Source of the DNA: Veleropilina oligotropha
Lineage: Eukaryota
NCBI GenBank assembly: GCA_048128005.1
Contig: JBEUKZ010000093.1
Location: forward strand, 310,001-374,000
DNA: 64,000 bases
Direction: 5' to 3'
The notes under the pieces are model-generated. The model saw only the letters and a list, made by a program, of their open reading frames with translations. It searched no databases and was not told the DNA's origin. This document shows positions 26,254-34,973 of this stretch, in pieces. A program made the position numbers and the translations under genes. Within the stretch, counting starts at the first letter, position 1, and the number at the start of each line of letters is the position of its first letter.

Positions 26254-26606
26254 TGTTCGTGGCTGTATTGTTCAGCCTGTTGATTCCCAGTGTCTATTGT
26301 AACGTTCAAATACAGAGTGCCAACCCACGGGGCCTTGACGACGAAGGCGAGGGTCAGCCTGTCCGAATTCAGGCCAAGCGTACTTATGGAACATGCTTTG
26401 GGGCCCCCGGCGGGCTGGACCGGCGTCATGTGGATCATTAGGAGGGCTGGGTTCAACCCAAACCGGCCTCCATTATTGGGAAGAAGGAACTCCCTCTTCG
26501 CCAGTCCCTTCTTCTTGGGTGCTTCTCCACAATTAAGAACAAAGTGCCACCGGGTCGGGGAAGAGGGCTCATCTGCCCGCAGGGTCCCATAGATGCTGCT
26601 GCTCAT
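26250..26606 (-). CDS. Viral hypothetical protein
   Basis: 118-aa ORF with 4-bp ATGA overlaps to both neighbours. Confidence 0.65.
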   Translation of the reverse strand: MSSSIYGTLRADEPSSPTRWHFVLNCGEAPKKKGLAKREFLLPNNGGRFGLNPALLMIHMTPVQPAGGPKACSISTLGLNSDRLTLAFVVKAPWVGTLYLNVTIDTGNQQAEQYSHEQ

Positions 26607-27376
26607 TGTATCGCAAGGACTGCGGTAATGGGCATGCCGTGATTGTCAATCGGGTTACCATCTGCGTCTGTGATGTAGACCTTCAATTCTGTGAGAACCC
26701 CGGCCTGGAGTCGCCGGCCGGCGGGATAGCTATGATAGTGGCCAGCTTCACCGAATATCTGCGACGTGATAGGGACCACCGCGAGAATAGTGCTTGGGGC
26801 TCCGTCCTTCACATTGTGTGTCGTACTGAGCTGCTCCAGGTGAACGTGCAGGGTCGGCGCTATGGCATACCCGACAGGCTTGTTCCCATCATAAGTCCCA
26901 GGGCGTAGCCACTCGGATCTCTCCGGAGGGGGAGGTGGATGGCCCTGTACTCCGGTGCGAAGGGGAGGGTTCAGATTCCCCGATTTATCGAGAATGAACG
27001 AAGACAGGGGTAAGCCTAGGAGTTTCCTGATATCGTCGCTTATCGCTAGTCGGGTCCCCTCTGGGACTACGACTCGGGCGAGTCCCGTAGCATGGCTTAC
27101 CTCTAGCTGTATGTTACCAAGCGACCTCTTCATCGTCTTGGCGAGGTCATCAAAGCTGTAGAAACCTGGTGCCACCTCTACCGTGGTATCGGGGGTCTTA
27201 AAGAAGGCTCCGGCGTGCACGTTGTGCCAGCCGACCCAATAGTCGAGTGACTGTAAACTGACACATAAATTGCCTTCCCGATTATCAATCGGCTCCAGGA
27301 GGGCAACCGCGGTCCCCTCTTGAACACTCGTTAATGTGTGAAACATAGCTATGGCTAAGAGCGCCTTTGTATTCAA
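26603..27376 (-). CDS. Minor capsid (penton, single jelly roll) protein
   Basis: VAPGFYSFDDL and C-terminal STILAVVPI...LTELKVYITDADGNPIDNHG..ITAVLAI, typical of Polinton/virophage minor capsids. The true start may be the second Met. Confidence 0.8.
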   Translation of the reverse strand: MNTKALLAIAMFHTLTSVQEGTAVALLEPIDNREGNLCVSLQSLDYWVGWHNVHAGAFFKTPDTTVEVAPGFYSFDDLAKTMKRSLGNIQLEVSHATGLARVVVPEGTRLAISDDIRKLLGLPLSSFILDKSGNLNPPLRTGVQGHPPPPPERSEWLRPGTYDGNKPVGYAIAPTLHVHLEQLSTTHNVKDGAPSTILAVVPITSQIFGEAGHYHSYPAGRRLQAGVLTELKVYITDADGNPIDNHGMPITAVLAIQ

Positions 27377-28600
27377 TAGGAGTGCGGCCTATACGACCGG
27401 TGTGGTGTACCCAGCAAAGATCAAAGATGAGCAGCTTACGAGACCAAGCATCAATGTGGGTAATAGCTCAACCACTGCATTCGGGGCAGACTACCCCGAC
27501 GTCTTTCAAAAATATCGCCTCCCTCACGTCGCGAGTGACGGGCTGATAAGGGATTGGAACAGCACGCCGATGCGATTTTGGCAGAACAAGGTCAATTTCG
27601 CCATCTGGTGTGCCACAACGGGTTCTGGGATCTCCTCAGAAGGCCACTTGAATGCGACCGACCCCCTCTCCAGAGCCGTATTCACCTTCCACGTCTACTA
27701 TCAGGTCAGAAGGATCTTGACCGAGATTCAGGCCCCGCTGCCACAGGACCGGACGTGGGACGCCTTCGACACCCCGTATGACCGAAGGGCATATGAAAAG
27801 ATCTGCAGCGAATTCGGAGTGTCCCCACATACCGACTGGCGTGTCAAGGGTCCCAACGGCAGACTAGGCACCGCTTACAGCTACTGGACGAACAACGGCT
27901 ACCACCCCATCGGACGTGAGTATGATCCAAGCCGAATGTCCTTCACCAAAGGTACGACCAACACGAATCTACACGTGGACTACATCGCGCAAGCGCCTGC
28001 GCTTTCAAACGGCTGGGCTTCCTTTATTCTGGACAAGTCGGCGGGATTCACGAGGGCCGGCGTGGAAAGGCTCAATGATTCCATCAGGACCTACGTCTGG
28101 GCTATTCTTGGAGCGCAGGCTCAAACGCGTGCAAGTATTCTGGGTAGTGGGACGGCATTTGACGCACAGAAACAGTTCCTGGCGAACGTAGAAGATGCCA
28201 TCGCATCGCCAGTGGACCTCCCAGCAGCCATCAAACGGTACCAAGAGGTGCTCCAGTATGCGAGGTCCAAAGTGGACTTCGTATTCGGCGTTGGCCTGTA
28301 CATGGCGCCAAGTAACATGCTTCTACGGATCGGGCAGGTGGCTGGTTATAACAATGAGACCAGACCCTAGGTCTTAATATGACTGTCAATGCGGCCAGTG
28401 TGCCGCTCAACGCCACTGGGGGTACTGGAGAAACAGGACTGGTCATCCCACAAGACGCAGTCTTATGGGCAGATGCTCCGAAGCATCCAAATGCTTTGCC
28501 GGCAGCTGTTCCAGCCGGGGTTGCCTCACATGACGAGGAGAAAACCGCACTCATCGTGGGCGGCATTGTCGTTGGCCTAGCGTTCATTTGGCTTACGTGA
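27351..28600 (+). pseudogene. Viral protein with C-terminal TM anchor, probably one gene frameshifted near 28365
   Basis: 339-aa ORF ending GYNNETRP; an overlapping frame continues LGLNMTVNA...HDEEKTALIVGGIVVGLAFIWLT. Confidence 0.6.
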
Positions 28601-29894
28601 CCCACTGTCTAGCGGCAATAAGAAGCAAGCCCCCAACTGATATGATCACAGCCCACAGGTTTTCAGCAAGCCACGACGCTGTCTTGCCGACCAGGTTGAT
28701 TAGCCAGGAGACCAGGCTGCCAATCATGCCTGGGAGTGCGGCTGCGGCCTTCCCTGCTAGTTTGCCCAGAATCCGACCCAGGTTCTGCAGCTGCTTTTTG
28801 ACCCACTCCTTGACCCCCCCCCCCCCCTGACCACTGGGAGGTGGTGTTGGTGCGATGCTCGGCGCTCCACCGGTTAGTGCTAGTACCAAAGTCGAGATAG
28901 CCAACCCAATAGCGGTCAGTATTGTTGCGATCGTAACCCCTTGCTCTCGGAAGAGGGTCCGGATATGCTCGGCCAGCGTTGTGTCAGAGTGGATGATCCG
29001 ATTTAGCATCTCTCGGATCCGGCTGATTTGAGAGCGAAGGGCCTCCCGGCTGGATCCGGCTGCCTCGAGGCGAGCTGCTCTCTCATCATGTAAATTGCGC
29101 AGACGTTCCGCGATCCGTCGACGGACGAACTCATCCACACCGCCCTCTTCATCTGCCTGATCGAGCTTGCTCTTCTCCAGCTCTATGTGTTCGTCCAGCG
29201 CCGTTAGTTTGGCTAAGTTGTTCGTGAGCTCGCCTCGAATGGTCTGCATCGCCTTGTCCAGCCCATGAAGCTCACGAAGATTGAATGGAGGGGGGTCCCC
29301 CTCCACCGAGTTCAAGAACTCTTCAACTTCGGCATCGGTGAACGTCGTCTCCATGTTGTGGATTGCAGCTGAGGCCTTTGTCGCGGTCTGCCCCAAGTCC
29401 CGCAGTTCCACGTTGTCTACGTTGGCGGCCGCACCGCTCAACTCATTGTTGGCTGTCTGCAGAGCTGCAACCGCTTTTGAGGACATCTTTTGTCCCCCTT
29501 TCCCCCGCTTCTCTGGCCGCGTCCATGCTTCGAATCCCAACCCTTTTCTGATCGCTTTACCCCCACCTCTCCGGTTAGCTAGTGTTGACAAAGCATTGGG
29601 TTTTTTCGATCTAGAATTGATGAGATCGATGTTTGGATATTTCTTCAGCCGCAATCCCTCCCCCTCCACATACTCGAACTGGGAATAATCACGCCACGTA
29701 GGCAAGGTCTGTCCCTGCTCCGACAGGGCTTTGTAGTAGTCATCAACCGCGTCCTTCACGAACTCTTGCCGCTGACTGCTGGTTCCTTCCTGTGGCCGTT
29801 CCGAAAGAACAGGCTCCATCCAGTCCGTGGATCCAACCTCACCATCATCGTCGATGATGTCGGGCTCGAATGTGGGGTTCTCAAATTCCGCCAT
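28593..29894 (-). CDS. Viral coiled-coil membrane protein
   Basis: 433 aa; N-terminal FENPTF, long heptad region, hydrophobic segments GVTIATILTAIGLAISTLVLALTGG and LWAVIISVGGLLLIAA. Confidence 0.8.
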   Translation of the reverse strand: MAEFENPTFEPDIIDDDGEVGSTDWMEPVLSERPQEGTSSQRQEFVKDAVDDYYKALSEQGQTLPTWRDYSQFEYVEGEGLRLKKYPNIDLINSRSKKPNALSTLANRRGGGKAIRKGLGFEAWTRPEKRGKGGQKMSSKAVAALQTANNELSGAAANVDNVELRDLGQTATKASAAIHNMETTFTDAEVEEFLNSVEGDPPPFNLRELHGLDKAMQTIRGELTNNLAKLTALDEHIELEKSKLDQADEEGGVDEFVRRRIAERLRNLHDERAARLEAAGSSREALRSQISRIREMLNRIIHSDTTLAEHIRTLFREQGVTIATILTAIGLAISTLVLALTGGAPSIAPTPPPSGQGGGGVKEWVKKQLQNLGRILGKLAGKAAAALPGMIGSLVSWLINLVGKTASWLAENLWAVIISVGGLLLIAARQWVT

Positions 29895-29940
29895 TTGAAT
29901 ACACCGGTGGGGTACGCATCTAATTCAGACAGACAACAAC

Positions 29941-31183
29941 ATGGCCAGCACGTATGGACGCACGTTGAATCCATACCGCAGACTTCGAGACCCTCTTGGG
30001 GTCAAGGGTATCCGGCAGTCGGTCACCATAACGAACAACCCCTCCACTATTGCTGCCAACCAGCAGCTGTTGGTTCGGTTCCCTAATCTCGGGACTCACG
30101 ACGTGATCATGCCAGGGACGGCCCACCTCGCATTTACCATTTCTCTGACCTCGGCTAACCCGAACAGAACTGTAGTTCAGAATATCGGACGCGCCGTGGT
30201 CAAGAAGACCACGATAAAGATAAGTGGGAACGAAATCATGTCTATAGATGACTCAGACGTGTATTGATGCCAGCGACAGCCACAACACTACGAAGAATCG
30301 TGTCGGCGCTGAGGGCGCATTCAGACGTTCTGAGGACACAGCTATATCGGACGCGTATGGTAATAGGTTTCGCATCCCGCTGGGCTTCGAGTTGCTGGAG
30401 AGCCATATGCCGTTCTACCAAAGTGCGTTGGGGGACCGTCTTGAGTACGAGCTTACATTCAACGACTACTCCTGGACAATCAGGGACACCGATGACCCCA
30501 GCTCCAGCTACGTCATCGACAATATCAGCCTGGAATACGACATGGTCACTAATCTTGAGCTTGCCAGATCGATAAAAAACCAATACTCGGGCCGCCTTGT
30601 GATCCTTTACGATCGTGTCCTGCGGCATCGTAAGATCACCAGAGACAAAAGCGACACTTTGTGGAATGTAAATTTGAATGTCCCGGCGAAATCCATGAAG
30701 GGTATCCTACTTCTGTTCGAGGATCCCGCGAGAGATGCCGTACCATTCGCGAGGGACACCGAGGCCTTCTACAATCCGAAGATCACGAAGGTCGAGGTCA
30801 CTATTGAGGGTGTGCCGAATCAACTATACAGCCAGGGCATGCGTTCCTACCAGATGTGGGACGAAGCCAGGAGATTCTTCGCCTCCTCTCCGATCAGCAA
30901 ACGCCATCCTGAGGTCGCGATGGTTGCCAAGGACTTGGCGCTGGCCGACGTCACCCTGGGCGAGTTTCTGACGAAAAAGTTCGCACTCTGGATCGACCTG
31001 CGCGTAACCGACGACGACGAGCTGCATGGGTCAGGCCGGAAAGTAGATAACGCCAGCGAGGGCATTACGATTCAGATCACGAAGACAGGCGAAGCCGCCG
31101 GCCCGTTGAATGTCTACATGTTCGTGATAATGGACGCGCAGCTGCATATTGAAAATGGCCGATTTGTCACCGCGCTGTACTAG
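29941..31183 (+). pseudogene. Major capsid protein (double jelly roll), broken near 30260
   Basis: Two overlapping ORFs (108 + 311 aa) of beta-rich DJR-like sequence (VKKTTIKISGNEI, LEYELTFN, YVIDNISLEYD, ITKVEVTIEG, ALWIDLR, LNVYMFVIMDAQL), directly upstream of the packaging ATPase. Confidence 0.78.
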
Positions 31184-31190
31184 TAGACGG

Positions 31191-31789
31191 TTCCCCCACC
31201 CCAAGGATCCCCACTCCGCGATCATCTGCGGCCAGACCGGCTGCGGGAAGACCTTGTTTATACTTGAACTTCTGGAGGGGGAGTACTTAGGAGTGTTCAA
31301 GCACATCGTCATTCTATGCCCAACGATCAAGTTCAATCAGGCATACCAGTCATGCCCATGGATCTGGACCGACCCTGAGGTGTACTTGATCCACCCGGTG
31401 AGCGGCTCCATGATTGGTTGCGGGGGTTCTACCGACTGTTCCAGGGCGAATCAACCCTATACATCATCGACGACTGCACCGCCAGCAAAGCCCTAGCCAA
31501 GAGGAGGGATATGCTGACTTTGTTGGCCTTCAGCGGAAGACACGCCGAACAGAGTGTATGGGTAGTGACGCAGAAATATAACTCGGTATTGAAAGAGCTA
31601 CGTGAGCAGACCCGCTGGATCGCGCTGTTTCACTGCAAGGACCGCGACAGTTATGAAGACTGCCTTCGCGAGAACAACGTCATCGAGTCGCAGGATGAAA
31701 GAACCGCGGTTCGCCGGCTGTTGGCCGAGACCAAGCATGCCAAGCTTCTGTTGAAAACTGATCAGCCCGTTGCTTATAGTGTGCTATAG
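31191..31789 (+). pseudogene. A32/FtsK-like DNA-packaging ATPase, frameshifted near 31398
   Basis: Walker A GQTGCGKT and IVILCPT in one frame; Walker B LYIIDD, SGRH and VVTQ in the next frame. Confidence 0.88.
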
Positions 31790-31830
31790 CTACCCAGCAG
31801 CTACTTAGCATCTGCCCAGCAAGCTCTCGC

Positions 31831-32586
31831 ATGTCGGACGCTGTATATCTAGCTTTTGCTTGCAGCCAGAGCCTGGTATTGTTGCTACTCGTAACGTTGT
31901 GGTATTGGCATTATCGCTATATTAGACTGGCGAGGAGATGTTGGAAACGCTTAAGGATGGACAGCCTTATCGATCAACTCATGGACGACGAGGAAGAAAC
32001 GACCGTGGGCGGCCATGGCTCGACGACCAAACGCTGCTCGCAGCACGAGGAACCTGACAGTGGCTCCATAGGGATGGCAAAGAAACGGGAGAGGCTTGCC
32101 GCGTTAGCCATCAGAGGGGATGCCAGCAAATACTTGGGGAGAAACCTCACGGTTGACCGAATCGATGATATGACTGACGACGAGGTTGAGAAACACCACG
32201 CACGGTATGAAGCGAAGCTAGGTGCTGACATGACGAAGACCCTGGGGACTGCCGCTATACAGCTGTATGCGGGTGCAGCTGGGATGTTCTTGCCCATTCC
32301 GCCGGAGAACCAACCACGTCTGGTCGCTGACCTCGAGGCCGATCCTTTCATCGCCCATGCGCTCCGCGGTGCAAGCTGTGAGCTGTATTATAAGTATGGC
32401 ATGTGGCTAGCGCCGCTGACCGCCGTGTTGACCACTGCGAAGCACTGCCAATTTGGACATGTTTGCCCGCCTAAAATATCAGAGCGAGAGCGAGATCAAG
32501 ATGACAACGCTGGAAGTGGACCAAATTTCGGCACCGAGCCCGCCGATAGAGAGGGTGACTTCTTAGACAGACTCATCAGTGAGTAA
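31831..32586 (+). CDS. Viral hypothetical protein with N-terminal hydrophobic segment
   Basis: 251-aa ATG ORF in the co-oriented gene block. Confidence 0.7.
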   Translation: MSDAVYLAFACSQSLVLLLLVTLWYWHYRYIRLARRCWKRLRMDSLIDQLMDDEEETTVGGHGSTTKRCSQHEEPDSGSIGMAKKRERLAALAIRGDASKYLGRNLTVDRIDDMTDDEVEKHHARYEAKLGADMTKTLGTAAIQLYAGAAGMFLPIPPENQPRLVADLEADPFIAHALRGASCELYYKYGMWLAPLTAVLTTAKHCQFGHVCPPKISERERDQDDNAGSGPNFGTEPADREGDFLDRLISE

Positions 32587-32995
32587 AAAGGACCCTAAGA
32601 AGGTCGCTGCAGGTCGGGCCGGTGCTGCTGCTCGGAAAGTCAAGCAGGAGAGGCTCCTTGCTGACGTTAGAAGACTCAAAGAAGACGCTCGACAAGTATC
32701 CGTCAGCGAAGTTCCTTCAGACCTACCGGAGGCACAGCCCCAACAAAAACACAGTGGTGCCCCGGCCGAGGTGACCGCGGTCGAAAAGTCAGCTACACGG
32801 AAATCGGACCCAAAATTTAATTGGACCCAGGTAGCCGTTGCTGCCGGTACGGGTGCGTTGCTATTTGTTGTCTGGAAACGCAGCAGCAGTGGTTCCTCCA
32901 CACCACATCAACAGCCACCAGCACAGGCGAGGCAGCCCCCCACCCCAACCACCACCGAATTGAAGAATGAGCACAACCCGTTCCATATGCGATAG
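32501..32995 (+). pseudogene. Basic, possibly DNA-binding core protein with hydrophobic segment; in-frame TAG at 32564
   Basis: ATG 32501 is in frame with SKKDPKKVAAGRAGAAARKVK...QVAVAAGTGALLFVVW, with one stop between them. Confidence 0.55.
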
Positions 32996-33009
32996 TCTCA
33001 GTACGAGAC

Positions 33010-33249
33010 ATGACTACCCCAATCACCGATGGAAAGATGCTCGGCAATGCTGTATATCACGCAGCTATAGTGTCAGGCCTTGCCATAGGCTACGCACGCC
33101 TGGGAAAAATGGCCTTCAAGGGAGCGAGCCCCAAACTTGACTTCACGGGTTACGACGTCGGGATGGTCGTCCTCGACGTAGCGCTCGCCATGGCGACGAA
33201 GGACATGCTGATCAAGCAAGGCATCATTCCGGCCGACGTTTTGAAGTAG
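33010..33249 (+). CDS. Small viral hydrophobic protein
   Basis: 79 aa with two hydrophobic helices, tightly packed between neighbours. Confidence 0.7.
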   Translation: MTTPITDGKMLGNAVYHAAIVSGLAIGYARLGKMAFKGASPKLDFTGYDVGMVVLDVALAMATKDMLIKQGIIPADVLK

Positions 33250-33280
33250 TGGGACCTTGCTAGATAATCGCAGCATTTCA

Positions 33281-33709
33281 ATGGCTTCCATTGCGATGCT
33301 GGTTGGGGGCGCTCTCGTCAACGCCCTCGCCTTCAGCGGGTCCAACTTCCTCTTCTCGAAGCTACGCAGCTCCGGTGTTGATGAGGAGCGCAAACGCCAC
33401 GACAAAGCCGTAGAGCAGCTCAACGCCGCTCAGACTAAATGGTCCCAAAAGAGGGCAGAGCGTCTCGACTGGCTGAACGTTGAACTTCGCCGCCAGGGTC
33501 ACGCCGTTGGCACATTCCGGGATGTTGACGCCGCTATCCGTCAGTATGCATTGATCACCGGCAAGAACCTTGACCCCGGCCTGGGAAGTGGCCCTGAGCC
33601 CGCCCTGTCCGACTACTACACGCCGAGCGATGGCCAGAAGGGACGTGAGATCACCTTCATCATTCTTGGGATGGCAGCGACCGGGTTGGTAGCCTACAAG
33701 CTCGCCTAA
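33281..33709 (+). CDS. Viral protein with N- and C-terminal TM segments
   Basis: MASIAMLVGGALVNALAF...coiled coil...ITFIILGMAATGLVAYKLA. Confidence 0.72.
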   Translation: MASIAMLVGGALVNALAFSGSNFLFSKLRSSGVDEERKRHDKAVEQLNAAQTKWSQKRAERLDWLNVELRRQGHAVGTFRDVDAAIRQYALITGKNLDPGLGSGPEPALSDYYTPSDGQKGREITFIILGMAATGLVAYKLA

Positions 33710-33751
33710 TTATTTCTATAGTGAACATTTTTTTCGTGGGCCTGTATAATA

Positions 33752-33982
33752 ATGGGGCTCCCAGAAGAGCTGTACTGCGCCATGCTTGCGGTCAGTGGGG
33801 TGGGCCTTGGTACTACGTCACTCGACTGCTGGCGGCGCAACGAAAAGACTATGGTGCGGTTCGCGGTCATGGTGCTCTCAGGCCCGACCAACCTACGGGA
33901 GACGACTGCGCAGCGACCGACTCCGGAAGCTGAAGCCTGTTGGAGACTGATCAGTTTACTGGAATACATTGCTGATGGATAG
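33752..33982 (+). CDS. Small viral hypothetical protein
   Basis: 76-aa ATG ORF whose stop overlaps the integrase start. Confidence 0.4.
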   Translation: MGLPEELYCAMLAVSGVGLGTTSLDCWRRNEKTMVRFAVMVLSGPTNLRETTAQRPTPEAEACWRLISLLEYIADG

Positions 33983-34973
33983 TAAGCTTGCGAGGATATA
34001 CTACAGCCCTAAGGGCTACTGGAAAGGCATTGCCGCAATAAAGAAACTAGCTGAGGCTGCCAAGGCGTCTGAAGTGGAGGCCCGGACATGGCTTAAGAGG
34101 CAGGCTATATGGCAGATCTATTTACCTGCGCCACGGCGGATTCCAAGACCAAAATTCGACGTCGTAACGCCGAACGAGGTTCACCAAGCCGACCTCCTGT
34201 TTCTCCCCCACGACAAGGTCAGTCGTAAAACCTATAAGTACGCTCTGACTGTGGTTGATGTGGCCAGTCGCTTTAAAGAAGCTGAGCCTCTGGCCACAAA
34301 AGAGGCCAAAGGGGTTCCTGAAGCTCTGTCTCGAATCTACAGGCGGAGTCCTCTTAGCTGGCCGAAATTGCTTCAGGTTGATCCAGGGCGAGAGTTCATG
34401 GGGACGGTCTCCCAGCTGCTGGCAAAGAATAATGTCGAGGTTAGGCGTGGCCGTGTGGATCTCCATCGCGATCAAGGGATCGTGGAGTGCTTCAACCGGA
34501 CGCTCGCTGAGCGGCTCTTCGGGCACCAGTATGCAACAGAGATGCGGTTTGCAGAGTCTGCGAAAGAGGGTCAAAGGTCGACTGAGTGGGTCGCCCGGTT
34601 ACCGGCCGTAGTTGTGGCCTTGAATGGGGAAGAGACCCGCCTCACCGGTAAAAAGCCCAAGGACGCCATCAAGGCGCCTCGCGTTGCACAAAATCCAGGC
34701 GCCACTGTACCAGGCCGACAGGGGAAGGAACAGAAACTCCCCTCTGACGTAGATGTTCGATACCTATACCAACCCGGTGAGTTGGAGGGTGGTCGCCGGC
34801 GAGCGACTGACCCAGTGTGGTCTTTGACGGTTCACCGGCTTGGACGCTCCGTCACGAAGCCTGACGAGCCTGTGCTCTACTACTTGCTCGATGGACCACC
34901 GCGTGGGTTTGTTCGAGAGGAACTTCTCGTGGTGCCTCGTGATACCCAGCTGCCGCCGGTTCTCAGGCGTTAA
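33975..34973 (+). CDS. Retroviral-like (rve) DDE integrase, Polinton c-integrase type
   Basis: IYYSPKGY N-terminus, HQADL, TVVDVASRF, QVDPGREF, GIVECFNRTL; open frame. Confidence 0.93.
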   Translation: MDSKLARIYYSPKGYWKGIAAIKKLAEAAKASEVEARTWLKRQAIWQIYLPAPRRIPRPKFDVVTPNEVHQADLLFLPHDKVSRKTYKYALTVVDVASRFKEAEPLATKEAKGVPEALSRIYRRSPLSWPKLLQVDPGREFMGTVSQLLAKNNVEVRRGRVDLHRDQGIVECFNRTLAERLFGHQYATEMRFAESAKEGQRSTEWVARLPAVVVALNGEETRLTGKKPKDAIKAPRVAQNPGATVPGRQGKEQKLPSDVDVRYLYQPGELEGGRRRATDPVWSLTVHRLGRSVTKPDEPVLYYLLDGPPRGFVREELLVVPRDTQLPPVLRR

